A stretch of 64,000 bases of DNA from an uncultured Actinomycetota bacterium (GCA_963724225.1 CAVRTX010000004.1:25000-88999); one strand, 5' to 3'. Shown: positions 30,548 to 40,558, numbered from the stretch's first letter. The notes: a model not told the origin generated them from the sequence alone. Translations and numbers: made by a program.

Positions 30548-31834
30548 TCAGCCGCTGATCTCCAGGACCCGCAGCGCGACCGCCACGTCGAGCCGCAGGT
30601 GCGGGTCGGAGGAGAGCGGCCCGAGCATCCGCTCCAGCTTCGCGACCCGGTAGCGCATCGTGTTGTAGTGGAAGAACTGCTGCCGCGCCGCCTCGGCGAG
30701 GTTGAAGTTGGCGTCGAGCAGCACCTGCAGCGTCTCGCGCAGCTCGGCTCCCCCGGGCTCGGCGAGCGGCCCGAGCACGTCGTGCGCGAACGCCCGGAGC
30801 TCGGCCGGGTCGGGCACCAGCGCGATCAGCCGGTGCAGGCCGAGCTGGTCGAAGTACGTCGTCGACCCGCCACCGCGGACCCGGCGTCCCACCTCGACGG
30901 CCCGCCGCGCCTGGCCGTAGCCGTCCGGCAGGTCCCCCAGCCCGTGGGAGACCCGGCTGACGCCGACGGAGAACGGCCGCCGGCCACCCCCGCGGTCCCC
31001 GCGCACGTCGGCGACCACCCGCGCCACCACCTCCTCGACACTCGACTCGTCGGCGACCGGCAGCAGCGCGACCACCTCGGAGGAGAAGTCGACCGCGGGG
31101 ACCCCAAGGTCGACCGTCGCGCACACCTGCCGCCACGCAGCGGAGAACCGCTCCTGCCAGCCCCGCCGCCGGTCCCGCGGCGGAGGCTCGGCGTCGAACG
31201 ACGGGTCCAGCTCGGCGACCACCACCACGACCGGCCGATCGAGGTCCCAGCCGAAGGCGGCGGTGTGCTCGTCGACGTAGTGCTCGTCGTGGACCCGGCC
31301 GCCGAAGACCTCGCGCAGGAAGTCGCCCTGGTACTTGTTCTCGACGGCGGTGATCGCCTCCTCCCGGGTGATCAGCAGGGCGGCGACGGTCGCGGCGCGC
31401 TCCAGCGCGTGCACGTCGTCGGCCGGGATCGCGCTGCCGCGCCGGACCGCGACCAACCGGGCGAGGTCGCTCCCGGCCGCCGCCACCCGCAGCGCCCGCA
31501 CCTCGCCCCCCGCGGTCGTCGCGCCCAGCGCGACGCCGTCACCGACCCGTTCGACCCGGACCCGGCCGGTGGGGTCGAGCAGATCGGCACCCTCCAGCGC
31601 GGAGCGGTCGTCGTCGGACAGCGCCGCCGCCCGCTCCCGGCCGTCGGTCGACGTCACGGCGACCCCGCAGCCGAGGACGCCCGAGGCCTGGGCCGCGATC
31701 CGGCCCAGGTCGCCACCCTCGAGGACCACCTCGGTCAGTGCGGTGTGCAGCGCGTCGGCGCGGGCCAGCGCAGCGCCGGCGTCGCGGCCGGTACGCCCCT
31801 CGCCGGACGGCTCAGCAGCCCCCGTTGGCACCAT
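30548..31834 (-). CDS. PucR/CdaR-family transcriptional regulator
   Basis: GGDEF-like middle region and C-terminal HTH (LRETLQVLLDANFNLAEAARQQFFHYNTMRYRVAKLE). Confidence 0.92.
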   Translation of the reverse strand: MVPTGAAEPSGEGRTGRDAGAALARADALHTALTEVVLEGGDLGRIAAQASGVLGCGVAVTSTDGRERAAALSDDDRSALEGADLLDPTGRVRVERVGDGVALGATTAGGEVRALRVAAAGSDLARLVAVRRGSAIPADDVHALERAATVAALLITREEAITAVENKYQGDFLREVFGGRVHDEHYVDEHTAAFGWDLDRPVVVVVAELDPSFDAEPPPRDRRRGWQERFSAAWRQVCATVDLGVPAVDFSSEVVALLPVADESSVEEVVARVVADVRGDRGGGRRPFSVGVSRVSHGLGDLPDGYGQARRAVEVGRRVRGGGSTTYFDQLGLHRLIALVPDPAELRAFAHDVLGPLAEPGGAELRETLQVLLDANFNLAEAARQQFFHYNTMRYRVAKLERMLGPLSSDPHLRLDVAVALRVLEISG

Positions 31835-31873
31835 CTGTCCCCGATCCTCGCCGACCTTGGCACAACCTCACAT
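31825..31873. promoter_or_regulatory. Tandem candidate PucR operator between pucR and the DUF2877-fdrA-DUF1116 operon
   Basis: TTGGCA-CCATC-TGTCCC (31825-31841, covers the pucR ATG) and TTGGCA-CAACC-TCACAT (31857-31873), 32 bp apart. TAGCGT precedes the GTG at 31910. Confidence 0.7.
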
Positions 31874-31909
31874 CGCACAACGTAGTCGCGCGGACTAGCG
31901 TCGAGTGCC

Positions 31910-32675
31910 GTGACCCTTCCGTGGGGAGCCAGCGCCCCGCCCCTCGTGCGAGACCGGCTGCGCGCCGCCCCCGACGGCCCGGTGCGGGTGCTCCACGCCG
32001 GCGCCGACGCGCTCTACGTCGAGGTCGGCGGCTGGTGCGTCGGGGTGGTCGGTCCGGGCGCCGCCCAGGTGCCTTGCGCGATGCGGGTTTCCGACATCCG
32101 GACGATCCGGGTCATCGTCGCGCGGGGTCGCGTCGCGGCGTACCTTGGGGGTGGGAAGCTCCACGTCGACGGCCGTCCGCTGTCGATCGGCCGGTTGGTG
32201 GGAGCGTACGTACCGCCTCTCGGTGACGGAGTGACCCACCTGACGGACCCGGTCCCCGTTCAGGCCACCCCCCCGGCCGCGGTGGCCGGGTTCGTCTCTC
32301 ACCACCTCTCCGGCGGGCGCCTCGACGCGAACGCCGCCGCCCGGTTGCTCGGCCGCGGTGAGGGGCTCACCCCGCTCGGCGACGACATCCTCGCGGGCTG
32401 GCTCGCGATGCACCGCGCCGCCCGGGGCAGCGACACCCGAGGTCGACGAGGTCGTCGCGGGCGCCCGCGACCGGACCACGCTGCTCTCCGCCACGCTGCT
32501 CGACTGCGCCCGGCGGGGCGAGGTGCTCCCCCAGTACGCCGCCTGGGTGCGGGCGCTCGGCACCGACGCCGAGCCCGCCGCCGTCCGGGCCCTCCACGCC
32601 GTCGGTGCCACGTCCGGCGCCGGCCTCCACGCGGGCGGCCGGCTCGCCCTCGACGAGCTCCGGGAGGCCGCGTGA
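31910..32675 (+). CDS. DUF2877 (YlbF/AllH-like) protein, frameshifted at ~32422
   Basis: GRGEGLTPLGDD in frame 1. RTTLLSATLL and VGATSGAG in the shifted frame, ending in TGA at 32675. One extra C in GCCC at 32420-32423. Confidence 0.8.
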
Positions 32676-34093
32676 ACGCCCCGCCGAACGCCCCGTCGAA
32701 CGCCCCGCCGCAGGACCACGTCGAGCTGCGCTCGGCGTACGCCGACTCGGTGGCGCTGCTCCAGGTCAGCCGCGACGTGCAGGCCGTGCCGGGGGTCGTC
32801 ACCGCCCAGGTCGCCATGGCCACCCCGCTCAACCTCGAGGTGATCACCGGGCTCGGCTTCGACGTGCCCGCGGCCGCCTCCCCCCACGACATGGTCGTGG
32901 CGCTGCGGCTGGGCCCCGACGGCGACCTGGCGGCGGCGCTCGCGGCCGTCGACCGGTCCCTCGCCCCCGCCGCGCCGACGTCCGGCGGCAGCGGCGCACC
33001 GACGGTCGCGCCCCGCACCACCGGCTCGGCCCTGGCGGGGCTCCCGGCGACGGTGCTGGTGTCGGTCCCGGGACCGAGCGCGTTCGTCGAGGCGATGGAC
33101 GCGCTGGACGCCGGCTGCGACGTCATGGTCTTCAGCGACCACGTCCCGGTCGAGCAGGAGCTGGCGCTGAAGCAGACCGCCCGCGACCGCGACCTGCTCG
33201 TCATGGGGCCCGACTGCGGCACCGCCGTGGTGGGCGGGCTCGGCCTCGGCTTCGCGAACCTGACCCGGCCCGGCCCGGTCGGGCTGGTCGCCGCCTCCGG
33301 CACCGGCTGCCAGCAGCTGCTCGCGCTGCTCGACCACGCCGGGGTCGGCGTGACCCACGCCCTCGGCGTGGGTGGCCGCGACCTCTCCGCGGAGGTCGGC
33401 GGGCTGGCCACGCTGGAGGCGCTGCGCCGGCTCGACGCCGACGACGAGGTGGAGCTGGTCGTCCTCGTGTCCAAGCCGCCCGCCCCCGAGGTCGCCACCC
33501 GGGTCGAGCAGTACGCCGCCGGGCTGGCCACGCCGGTCGAGACCGCGCTGCTCGGTCCCGGCCGCCCCGACCTCACCGCGGCGGCCGAGGCCACGCTGCG
33601 GCGGCTCGGCGTCACCCCACCCGCGTGGCCGGTCGCCGGCGAGGCCCGCCCGGGTCGCGGCGGGCTGCTCCACGGGCTGTACGCCGGCGGCACGCTGTGC
33701 GAGGAGGCACGGCTGATCGCCACGGACGGCGGCGCACCCGGCTCCTTCACCGACTTCGGCGACGACGACTACACCGCCGGCCGGGCCCACCCGATGATCG
33801 ACCCGACGCTGCGGCTCGACGCGCTGCGTCGGGTCGCCGCCGACCCGGCCACCGGGGTGGTGCTGCTCGACGTCGTGCTCGGCCACGGCGCCGACGCCGA
33901 CCCGGCCGCCACCCTCGCGCCGGTGCTGGCCGGGATCGACGTCCCCGTCGTGGTGACCGTCGTCGGCACCGCCCTCGACCCCCAGGACCGCGACCGCCAG
34001 GTGGCCGCGTTGGTCGGGGCCGGCGCCGAGGTCCACCTGTCCAACGCCGCGGCGACCCGGCGCGCCGTCGCCCTCGCCGGAGGCGCCCGATGA
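32672..34093 (+). CDS. fdrA: FdrA (AllF-like) acyl-CoA synthetase/SucD-fold protein
   Basis: YADSVALL, MVFSDHVP, MGPDCGTA, AASGTGCQ, GVGGRDL, SKPP, DFGDDDYTAGRAHPMIDP. GTGA overlap with the upstream stop. Confidence 0.9.
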   Translation: MNAPPNAPSNAPPQDHVELRSAYADSVALLQVSRDVQAVPGVVTAQVAMATPLNLEVITGLGFDVPAAASPHDMVVALRLGPDGDLAAALAAVDRSLAPAAPTSGGSGAPTVAPRTTGSALAGLPATVLVSVPGPSAFVEAMDALDAGCDVMVFSDHVPVEQELALKQTARDRDLLVMGPDCGTAVVGGLGLGFANLTRPGPVGLVAASGTGCQQLLALLDHAGVGVTHALGVGGRDLSAEVGGLATLEALRRLDADDEVELVVLVSKPPAPEVATRVEQYAAGLATPVETALLGPGRPDLTAAAEATLRRLGVTPPAWPVAGEARPGRGGLLHGLYAGGTLCEEARLIATDGGAPGSFTDFGDDDYTAGRAHPMIDPTLRLDALRRVAADPATGVVLLDVVLGHGADADPAATLAPVLAGIDVPVVVTVVGTALDPQDRDRQVAALVGAGAEVHLSNAAATRRAVALAGGAR

Positions 34094-35517
34094 CCACCGC
34101 TCCCGACCGCATGGTCGCCACCGGCGCCGAGCTGCTCGCCGACGCCCTGGCCGCACAGGCCGTGGACGTCGTACGGGTCGACTGGCGGCCGCCGATGCCC
34201 GGCACCGAGGACGACCTGGTCGCCGTGGCCGCTGATCCGCGGCGGCGCGACGCCAACGCCCGCGCGCTGGCCGCCGTGCTCGACGTGACCGCCCACCTCG
34301 TCGACGTGGCCCCCGCCGGCGAGCTGCTCGGGCTCGAGCCCGGCGAGTTCCTGCACGCCGGGCCGCCCATCAGGTGGGACCGTGCCTCCGGGCCGCTGCG
34401 GGGCGCCCTGATGGGGGCAGCCGCGCTGGAGGGGCTGGTCGAGGACCCCGAGGACGCCGTGGCGCTGTTCGAGGACGGCCGCTCGGTCTCGCTCGAGCCC
34501 TGCCACCACCGCGGTGCCGTCGGCCCGATGGCCGGCGTGGTCACGCCCTCGATGTGGATGTTCGTGCTCGAGGACCGGGCCACCGGCCGGCGGACCCACT
34601 GCACGCTCAACGAGGGCCTCGGCAAGGTGCTGCGCTACGGCGCGTACTCCCCCGAGGTGCTGACCCGGCTGCGGTGGATGGGCGACGTGCTCGGCCCGCT
34701 GCTGCAGCGGGCGGTGCGCGCCGTCGCCGACGACGCCGGTCCCGTCGACGTGACCGGGATCCTGACCCAGATGCTGCAGATGGGCGACGAGGCCCACAAC
34801 CGCAACCGCGCCGGCACCCTGATGCTGCTGCGCGACCTCTCCCCCGCCCTGGTCGCGACCGGTGCCGACCCGGCCGACGTCGCGGAGTCGCTGCGGTTCA
34901 TCGGCGGCAACGACCACTTCTTCCTCAACCTCGCGATGCCCGCCTGCAAGCTCGCCCTCGACGCCGCCCGCGGCATCGACGGCTCGACGATGGTGGTCGC
35001 GATGTCCCGCAACGGCACCGACTTCGGCATCCAGGTCGCCGGCACCGGCGACGAGTGGTTCACCGGTCCCGCCCAGGTGGCCGACGGGCTCTACCTCGGC
35101 GACTACGGCCCCGACGACGCCAACCCCGACATCGGCGACTCCGCGATCACCGAGACGGCCGGCATCGGCGGGTTCGCGATGGCGACCGCGCCCGCCATCG
35201 TCCGCTTCGTCGGCGGCACCGTGCCCGACGCGCTCGCCACCACGCTGCGGATGCACGAGATCACCCTGGGCGCCAACCCGCGCTGGTCGGTGCCGGTGCT
35301 CGACTTCCTCGGCACCCCGACCGGCATCGACGTCACGAAGGTGTGCCGGACCGGGATCCTGCCCCAGATCAACACCGGCATGGCGGGCCGCGTCGCGGGC
35401 GTGGGCCAGGTCGGCGCCGGCCTGGTCACGCCTCCGGCCGAGATCTTCCCGCAGGCGCTCGCGCGGCTGGCGGAGCTGGCAGGGAGTCCAGCACCGGCCG
35501 GAAGAACGCCCGGCTGA
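34090..35517 (+). CDS. DUF1116 (YlbE/YahG, AllG-like) protein
   Basis: LHAGPP, VGPMAG, NEGLGKVLRYGAY, MGDEAHNRN, HFFLNLAM, RNGTDFGI, DIGDSAITE, INTG. Confidence 0.9.
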   Translation: MTTAPDRMVATGAELLADALAAQAVDVVRVDWRPPMPGTEDDLVAVAADPRRRDANARALAAVLDVTAHLVDVAPAGELLGLEPGEFLHAGPPIRWDRASGPLRGALMGAAALEGLVEDPEDAVALFEDGRSVSLEPCHHRGAVGPMAGVVTPSMWMFVLEDRATGRRTHCTLNEGLGKVLRYGAYSPEVLTRLRWMGDVLGPLLQRAVRAVADDAGPVDVTGILTQMLQMGDEAHNRNRAGTLMLLRDLSPALVATGADPADVAESLRFIGGNDHFFLNLAMPACKLALDAARGIDGSTMVVAMSRNGTDFGIQVAGTGDEWFTGPAQVADGLYLGDYGPDDANPDIGDSAITETAGIGGFAMATAPAIVRFVGGTVPDALATTLRMHEITLGANPRWSVPVLDFLGTPTGIDVTKVCRTGILPQINTGMAGRVAGVGQVGAGLVTPPAEIFPQALARLAELAGSPAPAGRTPG

Positions 35518-35806
35518 GGTCGACGTTGCCGGAGGGCCGCAGCGGGGTGGCCTCCTCCAGGTAGGCCTGCCGGGCCACGTCGTGGTGGCTCGGCGGCAGC
35601 GACCCGTCGGCGCGCACCACGCGCCACCACGGCACCGGTCCGCCGTGGGCCGCCATCACGGAGCCGACCTGCCGCGGGCCGCCACCGCCGACGAGAGCAC
35701 CGACCACCTCGGCGACGGCGCCGTACGTCGTCACCCGGCCGCGCGGCACCTGCTCGACGCAGCGCAGCACCAGCTCGACGTACTCCTCGGGGTCGACGCG
35801 TGGCAC
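35426..35806 (-). CDS. Alkyltransferase-like (ATL) MGMT-family protein
   Basis: VPRGRVTTYG, PRQVG, PWWRVV (Trp where active MGMT has Cys). Confidence 0.88.
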   Translation of the reverse strand: MPRVDPEEYVELVLRCVEQVPRGRVTTYGAVAEVVGALVGGGGPRQVGSVMAAHGGPVPWWRVVRADGSLPPSHHDVARQAYLEEATPLRPSGNVDLSRAFFRPVLDSLPAPPAARAPAGRSRPEA

Positions 35807-35838
35807 GCCGCCACGCTAGTCGAGAGCGACCCGGCTCC

Positions 35839-36696
35839 TCAGGGCAGCGACGAGAACTTCTGCGTGCCCCGGACCAGGTGCAGTCCGGCGATCCCGGAGT
35901 GCGCCTGGGCGTAGTCGAGCTCGCGGGCGAGGTTGCCCAGCCCGTTGGAGGCCGGCAGCGGTGCGATCGCGACGGTCGAGAGGGTGCCGAGCGCCCGGCC
36001 CTCGGCGTCGAGGAAGCCGGAGCCGGAGTCACCGGGGATGCCGGGGCTGGCGGTGTAGACGTCGTAGCCCCAGCCGCCGTACGTCCGGCCGAGCGAGGCG
36101 CCGGTCTTGGGAGAGAGCAGCTCGTTCGGGCGCAGGCTGCTGTTGCCGTACGAGAACACCTGGCTGCCCTGCGCCGCACCGTCGGAGAGGCCGGTGGGGC
36201 CGCCCCAGAACGGCACCGACGGGTTGACCTTGCCGACATCGTCGGCGCGGACCCGGACCAGGGCGAAGTCGTTGGCGGCGCACACGTGGTCGCGGGACTC
36301 GCCGCGGGCGCGCATGGTGCGCCAGGAGGTGTACGCGAGGGTGCCGCGCCCGACGGTGTCACCACCGGTGGCGACGGTCGCGCCGCGGGCGAATCGCACC
36401 GGCGTGCCGAGGGCGACAGACCGGGTGTTGCAGCCGTTGGTGTCGGTGGCCTCGCCGCGCCCCGCGCAGTGCGCGGCGTAGCCGACGTACGTGCGTCCGG
36501 CGCCGTCGCGGAACACGAAGTTGCCGGTGCACTGGGCACCCTGCGTGAACATCTGGACCCCGGGGGTGATCTGCGCGGTCTCCGCCGGTGCCCACCGCGC
36601 GGGCCGCTCCCCGGCGGCGGTCCCCGCGGGCAGCGGCAGCAGCAGTGCTGCCACGAGGACAACGGCGGACAGGAGCCCGAGCTTCTTGGTCGTCAT
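35839..36696 (-). CDS. Secreted trypsin-like serine protease
   Basis: Signal peptide; triad motifs YAAHC, NDFAL, GDSGS. Confidence 0.85.
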   Translation of the reverse strand: MTTKKLGLLSAVVLVAALLLPLPAGTAAGERPARWAPAETAQITPGVQMFTQGAQCTGNFVFRDGAGRTYVGYAAHCAGRGEATDTNGCNTRSVALGTPVRFARGATVATGGDTVGRGTLAYTSWRTMRARGESRDHVCAANDFALVRVRADDVGKVNPSVPFWGGPTGLSDGAAQGSQVFSYGNSSLRPNELLSPKTGASLGRTYGGWGYDVYTASPGIPGDSGSGFLDAEGRALGTLSTVAIAPLPASNGLGNLARELDYAQAHSGIAGLHLVRGTQKFSSLP

Positions 36697-36711
36697 GTGA
36701 GGCACAACGAG

Positions 36712-36743
36712 GACCGCCCCGTCCGGTCACGGACGGGGCGGTC
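36712..36743 (-). terminator. 14-bp perfect hairpin between the two protease genes
   Basis: GACCGCCCCGTCCG-GTCA-CGGACGGGGCGGTC. Confidence 0.65.
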
Positions 36744-36768
36744 GCAGGTGGAGCTGGTCAGGAGTCGG

Positions 36769-37677
36769 TCAGAGGATCGGCTCGAACGGCTCCGTGCCGG
36801 GCACCAGGGCCAGACCGGCGATCCCGCCGTTCTGCTGGGCGTAGCCGAGCTCCCGCTCGAGGTCGCCGACACCGTTGGAGCCGGCCAGCGGCGCCAGGGC
36901 GAGGGTCGACAGGGTGCCGAGCGCGTTGCCCTCGGAGTCGAGGAACGCCGAGCCCGAGTCGCCGGGCACGCCGGGCGACACGGTGTAGACCGGGTGGCTC
37001 CAGCCGTTGGCCTCGGCCCCGAGGCTGGCGCCCCGCTTGGGCGAGAGCTGCTCGATGCCGCCGCGGAGGCTGGAGTTGCCGAAGGAGTAGACCGACTCGC
37101 CGGCCGCGCTCTCGTCGGTGTTGAGGGCCACCGGGCCGCCCCAGAACGGGATGGAGGGGTTGACCTTGTTGACGTCGTCGGCGTCGACCTTGACCAGCGC
37201 GAGGTCGTTGTACGCGCACGCGTCGGCGTCGTTCTCGTTGCGCTGCTGCATCGTCAGCCACGACGAGTACGCCAGCGTGCCCTGGCCGACCTCGGTGCCC
37301 TCGGAGGCGAGCGAGCCGCCGCGGTTGAACGTCACCCGGGTGCCGAGCGGGAGGGACTGCGCGTCGCACCCGTTGGTGTCGGTGGCCGCGCCGGTGCCGG
37401 CGCAGTGGGCGGCGTAGCCCACGTAGGTGTTGCCGGCGCCGTCGGTGAAGACGAAGTTGCCGGTGCACTGGGCACCCTCGGTGTACATCTGCACGCCCGG
37501 CGTGATCTCGGCCGTGGCGGCCGGCGCCCAGTCGGCGGCGACGCTGGTCTCGGCGCCCGCAGGTGCAGCGGTCGACAGCGCGGTCGCGAGCACCGCACTG
37601 GCGAGGGCTGCCACCGCGCCGGCGATCCGGCGGCTCCGGGGAATGGCCCGGTACGTGGGGCTGTGAGCAGGACGCAT
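36769..37677 (-). CDS. Secreted trypsin-like serine protease (paralog of the adjacent gene)
   Basis: YAAHC, NDLAL, GDSGS. GAGGGAGG RBS before the ATG at 37677. Confidence 0.85.
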   Translation of the reverse strand: MRPAHSPTYRAIPRSRRIAGAVAALASAVLATALSTAAPAGAETSVAADWAPAATAEITPGVQMYTEGAQCTGNFVFTDGAGNTYVGYAAHCAGTGAATDTNGCDAQSLPLGTRVTFNRGGSLASEGTEVGQGTLAYSSWLTMQQRNENDADACAYNDLALVKVDADDVNKVNPSIPFWGGPVALNTDESAAGESVYSFGNSSLRGGIEQLSPKRGASLGAEANGWSHPVYTVSPGVPGDSGSAFLDSEGNALGTLSTLALAPLAGSNGVGDLERELGYAQQNGGIAGLALVPGTEPFEPIL

Positions 37678-37799
37678 GCGTTCCCTCCCTCTCGGCCGGG
37701 ACCTCGAGGTCGCCGGCGCTGTCGTGACGGAGGGTCCAACGAGCCTGCCCACGACGGGTTACGCGACGGCCTCGGCGGCCGCCGCGTAGAACCCCGGCG

Positions 37800-38999
37800 T
37801 CAGTAGGTCGGCTGCGAGGGGTCGATCTGGTTGACCCAGGCGGCCACGCCGCCGCCCACGTGCACGGCGTCGGAGTAGCCGGCGCCCTTGAGCACCGCCA
37901 GCGCCTCGGCCGAGCGGACGCCGGTCTTGCAGTGGAGCACGACCTGCTTGTCCTGCGAGAGCTGCTCGAAGGCATGTCCGTTGAGGAACTCGCCCTTCGG
38001 GATCAGCACCGCGCCCGGGATCTGGTTGATCTCGGCCTCGTTGGGCTCGCGCACGTCGACCAGCACGAAGTCGCGGGTGCCCGCGTCGCGCTCCTTGAGC
38101 AGGTGCTCGAGGTCGACGACCGAGATCGTCGAGCCGGCCGCGGCGTCGGCGGCCTCGTCGGAGAGCGCCCCGCAGAAGGCGTCGTAGTCGATCAGGCCGG
38201 TGACCGTGGCGTTCTCGCCGCAGAGCGCGCAGTTGGGGTCCTTGCGGACCTTCAGCTTGCGCCACTCCAGCTCGAGGGCGTCGTAGATGACCAGCTTGCC
38301 GATGGCCGGGTCGCCGATGCCGGTGAGCAGCTTGATCGCCTCGTTGACCTGGATCGAGCCGATCGCCGCGCACAGCACGCCGAGCACGCCGCCCTCGGCG
38401 CAGCTCGGGACCATGCCCGGCGGCGGCGGCTCGGGGTAGAGGCAGCGGTAGCAGGGGGCGTCCTCGCCGAGGGACGGCGCGAAGACCGAGGCCTGGCCGT
38501 CGAAGCGGTAGATCGAGCCCCACACGTACGGGATGCCGAGGAAGTACGCCGCGTCGTTGACCATGTAGCGGGTCGCGAAGTTGTCGGTGCCGTCGACGAT
38601 CAGGTCGTAGCCCTCGAAGACCTGCATCACGTTGTCGTTGTCGAGCCGCTCCTCGTGGAGCACGACCTCGACGTACGGGTTGGTCTCGGCGATCGACTCC
38701 TTCGCGGAGAGCGCCTTGGACTTGCCGATGTCGGACTGGCCGTGGATCACCTGGCGCTGCAGGTTGGACTCGTCGACCTCGTCGAACTCGGCGATGCCGA
38801 GCGTGCCGACACCGGCCGCCGCGAGGTAGAGCAGGGCCGGGCTGCCGAGGCCGCCGGCGCCGATGACCAGCACCTTGGCGTTCTTGAGCCGCTTCTGGCC
38901 CGTCATGCCGACGTCGGGGATGATCAGGTGCCGGCTGTAGCGGCGTACCTCGTCGATGGTCAGCTCGTCGGCGGGCTCCACGAGCGGGGCGTACGACAC
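37800..38999 (-). CDS. moeZ: MoeZ/MoeB adenylyltransferase-sulfurtransferase
   Basis: RYSRHL, GAGGLGS, SNLQRQ, CYRCLYP, PSCAEGG and a C-terminal rhodanese domain (HCKTGVRS). Confidence 0.95.
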   Translation of the reverse strand: MSYAPLVEPADELTIDEVRRYSRHLIIPDVGMTGQKRLKNAKVLVIGAGGLGSPALLYLAAAGVGTLGIAEFDEVDESNLQRQVIHGQSDIGKSKALSAKESIAETNPYVEVVLHEERLDNDNVMQVFEGYDLIVDGTDNFATRYMVNDAAYFLGIPYVWGSIYRFDGQASVFAPSLGEDAPCYRCLYPEPPPPGMVPSCAEGGVLGVLCAAIGSIQVNEAIKLLTGIGDPAIGKLVIYDALELEWRKLKVRKDPNCALCGENATVTGLIDYDAFCGALSDEAADAAAGSTISVVDLEHLLKERDAGTRDFVLVDVREPNEAEINQIPGAVLIPKGEFLNGHAFEQLSQDKQVVLHCKTGVRSAEALAVLKGAGYSDAVHVGGGVAAWVNQIDPSQPTY

Positions 39000-39042
39000 G
39001 GTGTGGCTCCTCGGAATCGGGTGTCTCGTTCGTTGCCGGGTC

Positions 39043-39069
39043 CAACAACCTCGACACCGGCCATGTTCC
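39043..39069 (-). promoter_or_regulatory. SigR/SigH-type ECF promoter of moeZ
   Basis: GGAAC-N18-GTTG on the minus strand. moeB is a known SigR/SigH target in actinobacteria. Confidence 0.7.
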
Positions 39070-39238
39070 CCAGCGGCCGCCCGGCGACCCGACGCGTCCC
39101 GCGATCCGGACCGCCGTCCCGCCCACCGGTCACGCACCCGGACGCCCGTCCGGCCCCGCCTCGTCGGACGACGAGGACCGAGAGGTTAGGCTCGGCCGCG
39201 GTCGGAACCCCGGCCCGGAGAGCCCTGAAGGAGCAGCA

Positions 39239-39865
39239 GTGACCCTCCCCGGCGACGCCCGCGTCCGCGGCGCCCGCCTGCCTCGCAAGGAGCGGCGGGC
39301 CCAGCTGCTCGAGTCCGCCCTCGAGGTGTTCGTGGCCCACGGCTTCCATGCCGCGGCGATGGACGACATCGCGGAGCGGGCCGGCGTCTCCAAGCCGGTG
39401 CTCTACCAGCACTTCCCGGGCAAGCTCGACCTCTACCTCGCGCTGCTCGACCGGTCCTGCGACGCGATCATCGACAACTGCCGGCAGGCGCTGGACTCCA
39501 CCCAGGACAACAAGCTCCGGGTGACCGCGGCGATGCAGGCGTTCTACGACTACATGGCCGGCGACGACGGCGCCTTCCGGCTGGTCTTCGAGTCCGACCT
39601 CACCAACGAGCCCTCGGTGCGCGAGGCGATCGACCGGGTCACCAACGAGTGCGCGGCGATGATCGCCGACGTCATCCACGACGACACCGGGCTGCCCGAC
39701 GAGGCCTCCCGGCTGCTCGCCGTCTCGCTCGTGGGAATGGCGCAGGTCAGCGCGCGGTTCTGGGTGACCGACGCGGCCGGCATCAGCCGCGGCGACGCCG
39801 TGGCGCTGGTCTCGGGGCTGGCGTGGCGCGGCATCCGGGGCTACCCGCTCACCGACGAGCACTGA
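39239..39865 (+). CDS. TetR/AcrR-family regulator (Rv3208-like)
   Basis: GFHAAAMDDIAERAGVSKPVLYQHF. Confidence 0.93.
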   Translation: MTLPGDARVRGARLPRKERRAQLLESALEVFVAHGFHAAAMDDIAERAGVSKPVLYQHFPGKLDLYLALLDRSCDAIIDNCRQALDSTQDNKLRVTAAMQAFYDYMAGDDGAFRLVFESDLTNEPSVREAIDRVTNECAAMIADVIHDDTGLPDEASRLLAVSLVGMAQVSARFWVTDAAGISRGDAVALVSGLAWRGIRGYPLTDEH

Positions 39866-39898
39866 ACCACCCGCCCCACACCGACGAGGAGCACACCT

Positions 39899-40120
39899 GT
39901 GGAGATCAAGATCGGCATCCAGCACGCGGCCCGCGAGCTCGTGGTGGAGACCGACGAGTCCGCCGAGACCGTCGAGCAGAAGGTCGGCCAGGCGGTGGCC
40001 GGCGACGGCCTGCTGTCGCTGCGCGACACCAAGGGCCGGCAGGTGCTGGTCCCCGCCGCGAAGCTCGCGTACATCGAGATCGGCGGCGGCGTGACCGGCC
40101 AGGTCGGGTTCCGCAGCTAG
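39899..40120 (+). CDS. DUF3107 protein
   Basis: MEIKIGIQHAAREL...LAYIEIG...VGF. GAGGAG RBS. Confidence 0.9.
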   Translation: MEIKIGIQHAARELVVETDESAETVEQKVGQAVAGDGLLSLRDTKGRQVLVPAAKLAYIEIGGGVTGQVGFRS

Positions 40121-40279
40121 GGCGCACCCTGGGAGCGCCGGCACCGGGGTACGCGCCGGGCGGTGGTGCTTGAACGGCCCCTCCCGGCGGAGGATCCTCG
40201 AAGCAGGCGCCGAGCACTCGGCGCCGCGCCCGACGAACGAGGGAGCCTCGTCCGCGGCGCATCGAGAAAGGTGCCCGTC

Positions 40280-40558
40280 ATGGACCTCGGAACCATCCTC
40301 TTCTACCTCATCGTCGGAGCGATCGTCGGCGTGCTCGGCAAGTTCGTCGCCCCGGGGAGCCGCGACAACATCCCGTTCTGGCTGACGATCATCTGCGGGA
40401 TCGGGGGCATGCTGCTCGGCGACGTCATCTACCGGTCGTTCGGGGGCAACGGCAGCGCGGGCCTGGACTGGACGCAGGGCCTGGTGGCCGTGCTGACGTC
40501 CGCGGTCCTGGTGATGATCGCCGCGACCATCACCGGCCGCGCCAGCAGCAAGGCCTGA
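40280..40558 (+). CDS. GlsB/YeaQ/YmgE-like small membrane protein
   Basis: LIVGAIVGVLGKFVAPG...WLTIICGIGG. GAAAGG RBS. Confidence 0.82.
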   Translation: MDLGTILFYLIVGAIVGVLGKFVAPGSRDNIPFWLTIICGIGGMLLGDVIYRSFGGNGSAGLDWTQGLVAVLTSAVLVMIAATITGRASSKA

